Source of the DNA: an uncultured Candidatus Saccharibacteria bacterium
GTDB lineage: Bacteria; Patescibacteriota; Minisyncoccia; UBA6257; Colwellbacteraceae
Length of the DNA stretch: 64,000 nucleotides
Assembly: GCA_964643135.1 (NCBI GenBank)
Contig: CAZXPC010000004.1
Coordinates: 4,716 to 68,715 of the forward strand
Direction: 5' to 3'
Under the pieces are notes generated by a model, which worked only from the letters and a program-made list of their open reading frames with translations, was not told where the DNA came from and did not search any database. Below, piece by piece: positions 27,492 through 37,136 of the stretch. Each line of letters begins with the position of its first letter. The stretch's first letter is position 1. The translations under genes were made by a program, and so were the position numbers.

Positions 27492-28502
27492 TTAGGCGAG
27501 CTTTTCGATGTGTTTGATCAGGGTCGAAACGTAGCCGTATTCGTTGTCGTACCAGGAAAGGACGTTGACCAAATCGCCGTCGATAACTTTGGTCATCTTG
27601 AGATCAACGACCGCGCCGTAAGGCAAGCCAATCACGTCGGACGAGACGATTTGATCTTCGGTCACCATTAAGATCCCCTGCCAACGCGGTTCGAGGGCGG
27701 CTTTCTTTAAAATGTTATTAACTTCTTCGACAGTAGTTTTCCGTTTAGCGAGCAGAGTTATGTTAGCGGCGGAACCGGTGATGACCGGGTTTCTAAAAGC
27801 GATGCCGTCGAACTTGCCAGCGAGTTCCGGCAAGGCGCGAGTGACGGCGATGGCAGCTCCGGTCGTAGAGGGCGAAACGTTCTGCGCGCCGGCCCGGCCA
27901 CGGCGGTAGTCGGTGCCCTTCACGGGCCCATCAACCAGGTTTTGGGTGGCGGTGTAAGCGTGAACGGTGTTTAAGAGCGCTTTTTGGATGCCGATCGTCT
28001 CCGCGAGAATAGCCATGACGGGCGAAGCGGAGTTGGTGGTGCAAGATGCATTGGATGAGATTTTGCAGGTTTTGACGTCCTGGTCGTTCAAACCCATCAG
28101 CACAGTTTTGCCGTAGTCATTGTCCTCGTCTTTGGCCGGAGCGGTTAAGAGCACGTGCTTAGCGCCGGCGTCTAAATGCACCTTGGCTTTCTCATAACTT
28201 TCGAAAACGCCGGTTGATTCGACAACAACATCGATATCCATATCTTTCCAGGGCAAAGTGGGTGCGTCTTTGATCTGTAAAAACTTAATGGTTTGGCCGC
28301 CCACAACTAAGTTACCGTCTTTGACCTCGATCGGTTTATCGTAGCGACGGTAAACGGTATCATACTGCAATAGATAGGCGAGGTTGTTAACATCACCCAG
28401 GTCGTTCACAGCCACGACTTCAAAATTTTTATTATTGGTGGCTAAAAGCTGCCTCAAGAAAAGCCTGCCGATTCTGCCAAAACCATTAATTGCGATTTTC
28501 AT
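27492..28502 (-). CDS. gap: Type I glyceraldehyde-3-phosphate dehydrogenase
   Basis: INGFGRIGR, SNASCTTN, WYDNEYG. Confidence 0.97.
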   Translation of the reverse strand: MKIAINGFGRIGRLFLRQLLATNNKNFEVVAVNDLGDVNNLAYLLQYDTVYRRYDKPIEVKDGNLVVGGQTIKFLQIKDAPTLPWKDMDIDVVVESTGVFESYEKAKVHLDAGAKHVLLTAPAKDEDNDYGKTVLMGLNDQDVKTCKISSNASCTTNSASPVMAILAETIGIQKALLNTVHAYTATQNLVDGPVKGTDYRRGRAGAQNVSPSTTGAAIAVTRALPELAGKFDGIAFRNPVITGSAANITLLAKRKTTVEEVNNILKKAALEPRWQGILMVTEDQIVSSDVIGLPYGAVVDLKMTKVIDGDLVNVLSWYDNEYGYVSTLIKHIEKLA

Positions 28503-28533
28503 GTTTTTATATGATCTTATACGGACTACAAGA

Positions 28534-29730
28534 TTATATTATATTCTTGTCAGGATGGCGATTCCAGAAACCGTTCCAGTAAAGAAAGAGGACGAGGCCA
28601 AAAATCATCATGACGGCTCCGTATGTAAAAGCGGCTGATTCACCGAACCACGTCCAGATACTTCCGCCAACGAGACCCGCCAAAAGGGAAGAAACTCCTA
28701 AAGCCGCGGAGAGAAAACCCTCGCCCTGAGCCAGGACCTCAGCATTCACGAGTTTGCTCGCCTTGGCGCGCAAGATGCCGTCTGTCATCGCTGAGTAAAT
28801 GCCAAATAGTATGAACCCGGCATAAACTGAGGCCAAACTGGAATAATTGGCGAGTATAAGATATGAGGATATAGCGACCAAAAATCCGCCGGCGATCACC
28901 TTGCGCTTGCCGACCAAGTCGGAAATCTTGCCGAAAGGAATTGCAAAAATGGCGAAAGAAAGATTGTAGACGAAATAAATTATCGGAACGTAGGCAGCGC
29001 CAAACGGCTTGACCTTGAGAAGCATCAGAAGTATCGGCATCGCGCCCAGCCCAAAGATGAAGACTGCTAATATGAACACTTTGAAATATTGGGGGAAACC
29101 CTTCACCGAGAAACTCAGGTGGTGCGGTATAGACTTACCCTCCAGGCCGCCCCTGATCTCCTTAACAAAGAGGAAGCTTAAAACCGCGAGAGTGCCGATC
29201 AAAAAAGATACGAAAAACAATCCGCGATAATTCTCCGAGGACCCGAATATGTAAATGGCAACGAGCGAACCGAAAACTCCGCCTAAGGTATCCATCGCCC
29301 GCTGATAACCGAAAGATTTGCCGACCTCATGATAGCTAACCGATTCGGCCAAAAGGGCGTCGCGCGCGCCCTCACGCGTTCCTTTGCCAATCCGGTCCAC
29401 CATTCTAATGGTAAAGACTTGCCAGACATTGGTTACAAAAAGCAAGAATAATCGGGCAGAGACCGAAAGCGAGTAACCGGAAACGGCAATGGGCTTGCGG
29501 CGGTGGATGCGGTCGGAAAACCAGCCGGAAATTATCTTCCAAAAACTCGCCAAGGCGTCGGCAAACCCATCCATCAGGCCCAAAAAGATGGGCGGCGCGC
29601 CGAGAACAGTTAGAAAAGCCGGCAAAACGGAGATAACCATTTCAGCCGAAAAATCGTTGAAAAGACTGACCAAGCCGAGGAAAAATATATTTTTGTTCAG
29701 TCCGAATATTTTTTTATCGTTTTCGATCAT
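28534..29730 (-). CDS. MFS transporter
   Basis: About 12 TM; motif A GWFSDRIHRRK and GKISDLVGKRK. Confidence 0.92.
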   Translation of the reverse strand: MIENDKKIFGLNKNIFFLGLVSLFNDFSAEMVISVLPAFLTVLGAPPIFLGLMDGFADALASFWKIISGWFSDRIHRRKPIAVSGYSLSVSARLFLLFVTNVWQVFTIRMVDRIGKGTREGARDALLAESVSYHEVGKSFGYQRAMDTLGGVFGSLVAIYIFGSSENYRGLFFVSFLIGTLAVLSFLFVKEIRGGLEGKSIPHHLSFSVKGFPQYFKVFILAVFIFGLGAMPILLMLLKVKPFGAAYVPIIYFVYNLSFAIFAIPFGKISDLVGKRKVIAGGFLVAISSYLILANYSSLASVYAGFILFGIYSAMTDGILRAKASKLVNAEVLAQGEGFLSAALGVSSLLAGLVGGSIWTWFGESAAFTYGAVMMIFGLVLFLYWNGFWNRHPDKNII

Positions 29731-29743
29731 TCTATCTAGTATA

Positions 29744-30214
29744 TCAGAGGCCAGAGGCCAGGGAATAGACTGCGATCCCAAAAGCCACCGAAACGTTAAG
29801 TGACTCTTTCTGGCCCAGCATCGGGATTTCTAAAATTTGGTCACACTTTTTTAGGACCGCCGGCGACAAACCCTTCACCTCGTTGCCTACTATTAGAGCT
29901 TTTAGCTTAGAGCGGTTAGCTTTGAGGGAGAAATATGGAACAGATCTTTTGTCTTGCTCGATAGCTAAAATTTGGTAGCCGTCTTTTTTCAGCCTCATAA
30001 TAACTTGACTGATGTCCTTGATCTTTTCCCATTCGACATAGTCCTCAGCGTCTAACGATACTTTGGCGAACTGAGTAATTTTTTCTCCAAATTTATCCAA
30101 AGGAGACGGCGTGTAGCCGGTTAAATAAATCTTTTTAACACCGGCGCCGTCGGCCGTGCGGAAAATCGAACCGACGTTATGAAGGCTCCTGACATTATGG
30201 ACTATGACAACCAT
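29744..30214 (-). CDS. TrmH/SpoU-family RNA methyltransferase
   Basis: NVGSIFRTA, GNEVKGL, IPMLG..ESLNVSVA. Confidence 0.92.
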   Translation of the reverse strand: MVVIVHNVRSLHNVGSIFRTADGAGVKKIYLTGYTPSPLDKFGEKITQFAKVSLDAEDYVEWEKIKDISQVIMRLKKDGYQILAIEQDKRSVPYFSLKANRSKLKALIVGNEVKGLSPAVLKKCDQILEIPMLGQKESLNVSVAFGIAVYSLASGL

Positions 30215-30218
30215 CTCC

Positions 30219-33200
30219 CTATTCTAGCAGAACCGAGAGAGTTATCGCAGGCGAACGGTTCCCCCAATCGTCAAAAGCGCGAAAGACCAGCTCGTGGGCG
30301 CCGGGCGGCGCGCCAAACCGGCCGTAGATCTTAGACTGGTCGGCGTTCTCGGCTCTGAGCAAATTGGCGAACGCTGAGCCATCGATGCTGTATTCGTAAC
30401 CTAGAGAGGCATCGAAGGTGTCGGGGTCAGTCGCGGGCTCTAAAGAGACCGTCGTAGCAGACGTAGCGGCGTCGTAAGAAACTAGAGCGGCATCGGTCGG
30501 AGCAGTCGGAGAAGATTGCGCCGGAGGTGCGTCCTGGAAGTAATATCTGGTTGCGTCAGCGGCGGCAAACTCGAACCGTGCCGGAAACCAGCCCAAAGAC
30601 AACAGATCGTAATATGCCACCGTCACATAATCGGCTGACGTAAATCCGGCGGGGTCTACTGAGAATGCTTTGGCCGAAAAATTGCCATCTTCCCAGTTCA
30701 TGCGGGCCGTACCGCCGTTGATGCTGCCGGGAACACACATTGAAGGCAGGGTGACCATCGAAAAAGAATATCTCTCGTCCGATCTGCCATCACAGCGATA
30801 ATAGTCAACTTTGAGGACTTTGTCTTTCACGAGCGGCTCCTCGCGATTGTCATCGGTGATTACATCTTCATGCTCCGCCGAAGCATCGCTATTAATATAA
30901 AAGATCATCAGCTGATAACTGTCGGGGCTAAAATAGTAAATCTGGGGAACAATCGGCTTACTCACATCAAAACGGCCCTCGATTGTAAATGCGCCGGCGG
31001 TTCGGGGGTCCCGGTAGAAATTAAAACTAGAGAGTAAGTTGGGGATAGAAATGGTTCGCTCGATTACTTCAGAACCCAGGCCGCCCGAGTCGAAAGCTTG
31101 GAATGAAAATTTATAATCCCGGCCGGTTTGGGTAATGGTTTGGGTGGCGCTGGTAGAGCTGGTTGAAATTAATGGCAAAGGCGCCGGGAAACCGTCCGAA
31201 ATATCTTTGATAACGTAGCTGACGCCGGCCGAACCGCCGGAATAATCGGCCGAGGGCGACCAGGCGAACGAGAGAGTTAACTTACCTCGGTCGTATGAAA
31301 TTAAATCGCCCCCGGGAAGCGGAGCGATAGAAGTCGGCGAGCTCCGCGGCTCCGGCAGATTCGCCGAGTTGCGCGGCGAAGGAGCTTCGTCAATTACAAA
31401 ATCGTCGGCATTATTATCGGTGTCGCAGCCGTTGCCTAGAAGCGAGCTCTCAACCGGTGAACCGCAATTTCCATCAGCCCAATATTTGCGCATCAAGCTC
31501 TGGTGGGCGCCGGGATTGGCACCCGACACCGCGGTTTCGACAAAAATATTTTGCGCGGTCCCCCAACCAACGCTATCAATAATGGCGCCGGTATCATTGG
31601 GGCCCTGCCTAATGGCTATGCCGTTATTGTCGGCGATGCTTTCGGAAGTTGCGACATCCGGTGCGGCGGAAATATCAGTAAAACCGCTATTAGCCCAAAG
31701 ATAATATCCGTGCGCAGGTATAAAAGCGTCTGCGCTCCAGGACTTTAGAAGGGTGTCGCTTGCTCCTGTCGCGGTACGCTTCACTAATCGATACCCCTTT
31801 AGATTTACTTGCGTTTCGGTCGGGTTATAGAGTTCGATAAAATCGTTAGTGGTTTTGCCGGCACCGCCGGTTGTTTGGACCTGGCTTATCAATATGTGCG
31901 TTGAGGCCGGAACGGCAGGTGGCGCAGGTGGAGGCGGGGGCGGAACCGGCTCGGGCGAAGGAGCGGGAGTGGGCGAGGGAGTTGGTTCGGGCGCCGGAGC
32001 GGGGCTTGGTGGCGGGGGTGGCGGGCTTGGGTCAGGGGCTGGCGAGGGTTCCGGAGATGGCAGTGGAGCGGGGCTGGGTGACGGCGCCGGGCTGGGCACG
32101 GAAGCGAGCTGGGTCGGATCGACAATGTTAATAGTGCCCGAAAACACCTGGTCGCTCGCGGTTCCGCCGCTTTTCCTTATTTTTATCAAAATATTCGCGC
32201 TGCCTCTGAAGTTTTGCTTGCTGTCCTGAATCATCAGGCGGAATTCTTTGGCCGAAACAGCCGGGCCGGTAATCGCGCTCGTTAAGTAAAAGTTTGATGA
32301 CCCCCAGTCACCGTTCGCATAGATGTTAGATAATACGCCTCCCGACTCGATTGAAATTTTGACGTCATAAGCGACAGCGTCTAGGTTAGCGGCTGAAAGA
32401 GAAACATTGATCTCTTGATTGACCGGGCTGGCCGAAGGAAATAGTAAACTAACATTTGGGGCTGGAGCTGGCGGCGGAGACGAAGACGAGGACGAAGGCG
32501 TTACTACGGGCGCGGGGGCGACATGAGTTGCTGGAACAGGCGCCGGTGCTGGCGGCGGAGACGATTTGGGCGAGGGCGACACATAATTTGAAGAGGAATT
32601 TGTCCTTGAATTGCTAGATTGTATCCGCGCAATTTCAGCCTGAACACTATTAATTTGGCTCCGGATGTCTATGGCCAAGGTGTCGGCATTGACCGGAGCT
32701 GGATCATTTGCGGCGTCATTGGAGATTTGAATAGAATCAGAAATTGAAGAAGCTGATGATTCGGCAACCTTAGATGGGCTCGTGGGTGTGGCGCCGGAGA
32801 GCGCGCTAAGGAAATCACCGATCGCGGCCACTATCGAAGAGCTGACAAAATAAGCGCTTTGGATAACTCCCCCAACGCCGTTGATCCCGGCGCTCACCAC
32901 AGGATCAGCTACCGAGAGAACTGCGCCTTCGGCCCGGTGAGCCAGGCTAGCCGGCGGAGCGATGAGGCAGGGCTTCTCCGGATCTTGAGTGCTGTTGGCT
33001 GAAAGGCCATCGAGAGATGACATAACGTCAGCCACAATTTTGTCGCCCTTATATTTCAGATAGACATCGGTAAAGCTGTGGCCCCAAAAATCATCACCGG
33101 TTTGTAAATCAATATGCGTGTTGGGTTGTAGTGTATTCATGAAAGGGACGCGGCTCACCACCCCAGCTATAACTTTATCGGTGTCGGAAGTGGTCCACTT

Positions 33201-33716
33201 GCCGCCGCCGGCAACGCGCGCCGAGGGGGTAGCAACGCTATACACGCCCAGTGACGCCGCCGGAACGCCGCCAGTTTTGCCGGCAATAGCATCGTAAAGA
33301 CTGTTGGTATAAAAATTGCCCTGCGAATAACCAACCAAAAGGACTTTCTGGGTGGCAATTTGCTCGCTCGCCGATCTCTGCATCTCGATTAAGTCATAAT
33401 CATCAACCTCTCCCGAATCGAGAGTTTTTTGAACAATCGAATCTGACAAGTCAGCCAACCCACCCCAGTGCGACGGGTTGAAGAGATATTGATAATCTAT
33501 TGCTTGATTGTCAAAGATGTCTCCAACTCGCGCCTCAAGCCATCGTTGATTTGTCTCAGCTCCTTTTCTGTCAGTAAAAATACCGTTTATGGCAGAAATA
33601 GTGTATCCGACCTGAGCACATCTTATTGGTGAGTTGGCAGCAAGAACTAATTTGGTTGAAAAAATAATCAGTACTACGATCCAAATAAAAACAATTTTTA
33701 ATTTATGTATAACCAT
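30219..33716 (-). CDS. Large secreted protein: alpha/beta-hydrolase-like N-domain, Ser/Pro linkers, lamin-tail domain, beta-rich C-terminus
   Basis: Signal peptide, LLVGYSQG nucleophile elbow, DFIELYNP...IDSVGWG lamin-tail motifs. Confidence 0.8.
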   Translation of the reverse strand: MVIHKLKIVFIWIVVLIIFSTKLVLAANSPIRCAQVGYTISAINGIFTDRKGAETNQRWLEARVGDIFDNQAIDYQYLFNPSHWGGLADLSDSIVQKTLDSGEVDDYDLIEMQRSASEQIATQKVLLVGYSQGNFYTNSLYDAIAGKTGGVPAASLGVYSVATPSARVAGGGKWTTSDTDKVIAGVVSRVPFMNTLQPNTHIDLQTGDDFWGHSFTDVYLKYKGDKIVADVMSSLDGLSANSTQDPEKPCLIAPPASLAHRAEGAVLSVADPVVSAGINGVGGVIQSAYFVSSSIVAAIGDFLSALSGATPTSPSKVAESSASSISDSIQISNDAANDPAPVNADTLAIDIRSQINSVQAEIARIQSSNSRTNSSSNYVSPSPKSSPPPAPAPVPATHVAPAPVVTPSSSSSSPPPAPAPNVSLLFPSASPVNQEINVSLSAANLDAVAYDVKISIESGGVLSNIYANGDWGSSNFYLTSAITGPAVSAKEFRLMIQDSKQNFRGSANILIKIRKSGGTASDQVFSGTINIVDPTQLASVPSPAPSPSPAPLPSPEPSPAPDPSPPPPPPSPAPAPEPTPSPTPAPSPEPVPPPPPPAPPAVPASTHILISQVQTTGGAGKTTNDFIELYNPTETQVNLKGYRLVKRTATGASDTLLKSWSADAFIPAHGYYLWANSGFTDISAAPDVATSESIADNNGIAIRQGPNDTGAIIDSVGWGTAQNIFVETAVSGANPGAHQSLMRKYWADGNCGSPVESSLLGNGCDTDNNADDFVIDEAPSPRNSANLPEPRSSPTSIAPLPGGDLISYDRGKLTLSFAWSPSADYSGGSAGVSYVIKDISDGFPAPLPLISTSSTSATQTITQTGRDYKFSFQAFDSGGLGSEVIERTISIPNLLSSFNFYRDPRTAGAFTIEGRFDVSKPIVPQIYYFSPDSYQLMIFYINSDASAEHEDVITDDNREEPLVKDKVLKVDYYRCDGRSDERYSFSMVTLPSMCVPGSINGGTARMNWEDGNFSAKAFSVDPAGFTSADYVTVAYYDLLSLGWFPARFEFAAADATRYYFQDAPPAQSSPTAPTDAALVSYDAATSATTVSLEPATDPDTFDASLGYEYSIDGSAFANLLRAENADQSKIYGRFGAPPGAHELVFRAFDDWGNRSPAITLSVLLE

Positions 33717-34319
33717 TTAATTAGCAAATGAATTTAAATCGATATCACAGGATGTTTTGCCTATCGAACCGCTTTCAAGATGTTCATAGAAGTTATGACT
33801 TGTAGTTTTTCTCTCCTGTGTATTTGTTTGAAGATTTGCCAAGAACTTGTCATATTTATCAATCGCCGTTAGAGACGCGCTCTCGTCGACCCCCTTTGGA
33901 CCAGAGATAAGCCTGGCAACGCAAAAGAAAGCTGCATCTTCTTTGTTTGCAACGGCACCTACCGTCCCACTATTCACAATCGGCTGGGTGAATTCCATCT
34001 GAAGCGCCAGTGCGTATTGCAAAAGAGCGGCTCGGGTTTTGGCGGAGTTCGGGTATTTGTTAAAAATGGCCAGCTCAACATCGTCGCGGATGCCGTTTTG
34101 ATTGGCATCAACACCCTCAATGGTCTTATCAGCCTCCGCGCCTGGGTCCGGCGGCAGGTTTTTGCCCAGCACATCGTCCAGCGTTAACTTAGTGGCATGA
34201 ATTTTAGCCACCGCCTCGGCCGTCTTCTGGGCTTCAAGCACATAGGGCACGCGGGCGATAAGCAAAACCACAAATGCGGCGGCTAATATGCCCAAGCCCC
34301 ATAAAATTTTTCTGACCAT
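33717..34319 (-). CDS. Membrane-anchored protein with a Dx[DN]xNG-like Ca-binding loop
   Basis: PPDPG...GVDANQNGIRDDVE; stop abuts the next start (TAAATG). Confidence 0.8.
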   Translation of the reverse strand: MVRKILWGLGILAAAFVVLLIARVPYVLEAQKTAEAVAKIHATKLTLDDVLGKNLPPDPGAEADKTIEGVDANQNGIRDDVELAIFNKYPNSAKTRAALLQYALALQMEFTQPIVNSGTVGAVANKEDAAFFCVARLISGPKGVDESASLTAIDKYDKFLANLQTNTQERKTTSHNFYEHLESGSIGKTSCDIDLNSFAN

Positions 34320-34406
34320 AATGCCGGTTATCATAACCAAACCGGCATGAAGAAAAACTAAAAAACTTCCAAAGAAATCTTCATGTCTAAATCCCCGCCC
34401 TCGATA

Positions 34407-35420
34407 CTATTTGCCGAAAGTCTGATCTATATAATCGTAAACTGCCTTAGAAATGTCTTTGATGCTTGAAGCCAGGCTATTATAATCTTGGCCCTTAGTC
34501 ATGACGCACAGTATGTAGCGGTTCTTGGGGAAATAAACCACGCCGCAATCGTGAAGTTCTTTTTCGCTATTCGGGTCATGCGCATCGCCGAAAGCCCTTT
34601 CCCCGAATTTATGAGCCACCACTATGCCGTTCGGCACGCCGGCCACAATGCCGTTCGTGAATGTCGTCTGGCTCAAGAGGCTCAGAGCTTTTTCGGACAT
34701 ATCGCGGCTCAAATACGTGGAATTATAGAGAATCCTAAAGAAATTGGCGTAGGTTTTGACGGAAACAAAGTCAGACTGGGAATCTTTTTGATCCGCCGGC
34801 GTCTTAACTCCGAAGTCAGCCGAAACCGAGCTAATGTCGGCTCCGGTTATGTTATTAGACAGCGGCAAAAGAGCGTTATTATCGGAATACTTGATCATTC
34901 TTCCGATCAAATCTTCGATGGTATAAACACTGCCGGGCACCAAGGCATTTTTAGTCTTGAAAAATTCATCTTGATTCAGGTCGGTTGTACCATTATATGA
35001 AACTTCTTTGCTCAGTAATGAGGGGTTGGTTTCCGCCGATTTCAAGAAAGAAACCATCAGGGGAACTTTCATCAGACTAGCCGGAGAATATGGCACTTCG
35101 TCGTTGATGCCGAACCATTTGCCATTGCGTCTATCAAAATAAATTGATATTTGCTCAGCCGACTTGCTCTTGATAGCCTGGTTAACCAGGCTTACCAGGT
35201 TATCCTTTAACGGTTTAAAGGTTGTTGTGTCTTCGGCGGTATCAACCAAGAGCAGCGGGTTGATAAATTGGTAAGTGTTGGTCGAGAGAGTCGATTGGCG
35301 AACTTGTTTGATGCTTTCTGTTGCGGGCGGTTGGTTACTGAACCGGCCGATGCCAAAACCGGCGGCAAAAATAAGCAGAGCAACAACTAATGGCAAGACA
35401 ACTTGCTTTCTGAGCTTCAT
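34407..35420 (-). CDS. Class A beta-lactamase-related serine hydrolase (PBP fold)
   Basis: SLMK, SDN, HKFG motifs; N-terminal anchor. Confidence 0.88.
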   Translation of the reverse strand: MKLRKQVVLPLVVALLIFAAGFGIGRFSNQPPATESIKQVRQSTLSTNTYQFINPLLLVDTAEDTTTFKPLKDNLVSLVNQAIKSKSAEQISIYFDRRNGKWFGINDEVPYSPASLMKVPLMVSFLKSAETNPSLLSKEVSYNGTTDLNQDEFFKTKNALVPGSVYTIEDLIGRMIKYSDNNALLPLSNNITGADISSVSADFGVKTPADQKDSQSDFVSVKTYANFFRILYNSTYLSRDMSEKALSLLSQTTFTNGIVAGVPNGIVVAHKFGERAFGDAHDPNSEKELHDCGVVYFPKNRYILCVMTKGQDYNSLASSIKDISKAVYDYIDQTFGK

Positions 35421-35493
35421 TGGCAAAATTGTAATGGAAAAATCGCTATAAGTCCATGATATAGTAGATATAAAATTGATATACGGTTGATAA

Positions 35494-35862
35494 TTATTTG
35501 GTGCCGAGCTTTTTGGTTGAAGATATAAAATTGTTTAATTTAACTCCTAGGTTTTGCATCTCAAGATACAATTGCGAATAAGCTGGATCTTTTACGAAGC
35601 CACGGTCTTTGAGTGTCTCGAGCCAGTGCATAGCCTCGATCAATGAACCACGAGCATTGTAATTGAATTTATTGCGATCCAGATAATGAAAACGGCCGAA
35701 TCCTTCGGCTATGTTAGCCCCGACAGAATCGACGGATCTTATAAATTGATCACCTATTATGCTTTTCGTTTTATAGTCAAACACTGTATAGATCTTCCAG
35801 CTTTTTGCCGAAACACCGCAGGCTAGCTGATAAACCTCTAAATCTTTTAAATCCATAATCAT
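35494..35862 (-). CDS. Four-helix-bundle protein (23S rRNA IVP-like family)
   Basis: LEVYQ, DQFIRSVDSVGANIAEGFGR, ARGSLIE. Confidence 0.92.
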   Translation of the reverse strand: MIMDLKDLEVYQLACGVSAKSWKIYTVFDYKTKSIIGDQFIRSVDSVGANIAEGFGRFHYLDRNKFNYNARGSLIEAMHWLETLKDRGFVKDPAYSQLYLEMQNLGVKLNNFISSTKKLGTK

Positions 35863-35898
35863 ATTCTACACGTCGGACATGAAGAAAATATGAATATC

Positions 35899-35927
35899 AG
35901 AAAAACCAGCGTTAAGCTGGTTTTTCT
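35899..35927. terminator. Bidirectional intrinsic terminator
   Basis: AGAAAAACCAGC-GTTAA-GCTGGTTTTTCT. Confidence 0.75.
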
Positions 35928-35962
35928 TAATATCAATAGTTATCTATTGGCTATCTCTTCTT

Positions 35963-37063
35963 CTACATCATTGAGTTAATCTTCGCGCGGGTCTTTGGGC
36001 CAACTACGCCGTAACCTGGAAGGCCTGGGCCAGAGATTCCCATTCTGACTTGGAAGTGCTTAACAGCGGCCAAAGTCAATTGACCGAAGAAACCGGTGAT
36101 TCCGTCAGTGAAATCGCCCTGGGCCTTGAGGAAGTTCTGAAGAACTATGACCTCGTTGCCCTTGGAACCGATATTCAAAGCCTTGGTCAAAATTCCCGGA
36201 GGAATGTGGCCAGAATTACCAACCGTCAATGCATTGATCTGCGCGATCAAAGCGTTAATTTGCGCCTGAAGGTTAGCGATTATTTCAGCCTGAGTCGGGG
36301 TTGTGGAAGGGGGTGGTGGTGGAACAACCGCAACAGTAGTGTCGAGAGTGATCGTGTCTGAGACAGCCGCCGAGACGTTACCTACCGTGTCCCTAAACTT
36401 CGCGTAAACGGTTTTGAGGCCGTTGCCGGAGGTTAGAGTCCAGTTTTTGGTAGTAGCGTAGTTTTCCCAGATAGCTCCGGTGAAATTTACATCGTTAGAT
36501 ACAGACATGTTCGATACTCCAGATGAATCAGCGGCACCCAAGCTCAAAGTAACACTGGTTGTGTTAGTAGTTGCCGCGCCGGCGTTAATGGTCACGAAAC
36601 CATTGATCGGAGCAGTCGTGTCGGACGGAGTGGAAGATCCTCCCCCGCCGCCACCGCCTGATCCGCCGCTACCGCCAGTAGGACACTGAGAACCGGTAGG
36701 CGTAAAAGTCATTGTTCCTGTATCATTGGTACCGCCTTCGGTAATAATCACAGTAGAAATTCCAGCACTGCAGCCGGCATTTGAAAGAGTGTTGCCGGTA
36801 CCGACAGTACCGGACACTGAAATAGTGCCGGTAGACGTGACAGTGAACGTAGCGTTCAAGCCATCAGCAGAAGACATAACTACATCCATGCTCGAAGCAT
36901 CAACGACCAGAGACTTAGCCACTGATCCTGACTTGATGGTCATGCCAGCAGTTATGTCTGTATCAGCGCTCCAAGATAAGTTGGAAGCTAAAGCCGCATT
37001 GACTCCGGCAATCAAAGCCATGAGTCCGATCGCTAAACCTAGTTTAAATTTATTTTTAATCAT
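35963..37063 (-). CDS. Secreted protein with an Ig-like domain and a C-terminal peptidoglycan-binding domain
   Basis: Signal peptide, Gly linker, KTVYAKFRD domain, LNIGSKGNEVIVLQ...GPKTR. Confidence 0.85.
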   Translation of the reverse strand: MIKNKFKLGLAIGLMALIAGVNAALASNLSWSADTDITAGMTIKSGSVAKSLVVDASSMDVVMSSADGLNATFTVTSTGTISVSGTVGTGNTLSNAGCSAGISTVIITEGGTNDTGTMTFTPTGSQCPTGGSGGSGGGGGGGSSTPSDTTAPINGFVTINAGAATTNTTSVTLSLGAADSSGVSNMSVSNDVNFTGAIWENYATTKNWTLTSGNGLKTVYAKFRDTVGNVSAAVSDTITLDTTVAVVPPPPPSTTPTQAEIIANLQAQINALIAQINALTVGNSGHIPPGILTKALNIGSKGNEVIVLQNFLKAQGDFTDGITGFFGQLTLAAVKHFQVRMGISGPGLPGYGVVGPKTRAKINSMM

Positions 37064-37136
37064 TATTGATGTGTGTTTAATCGCAGATTCGACCTTAAGG
37101 AGATTAAGACCTGCGACCTAGACAACTAGGTTTGTG

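Noticed and set aside
34407-35420. Bona fide beta-lactam resistance gene
   Set aside because: Only the general SxxK/SDN/KxG fold motifs are visible; no clear omega-loop ExxLN, so activity cannot be claimed
35494-35862. Diversity-generating retroelement (Avd-like four-helix bundle)
   Set aside because: No reverse transcriptase and no TR/VR pair with adenine-specific mismatches; the 267-bp repeat is exact
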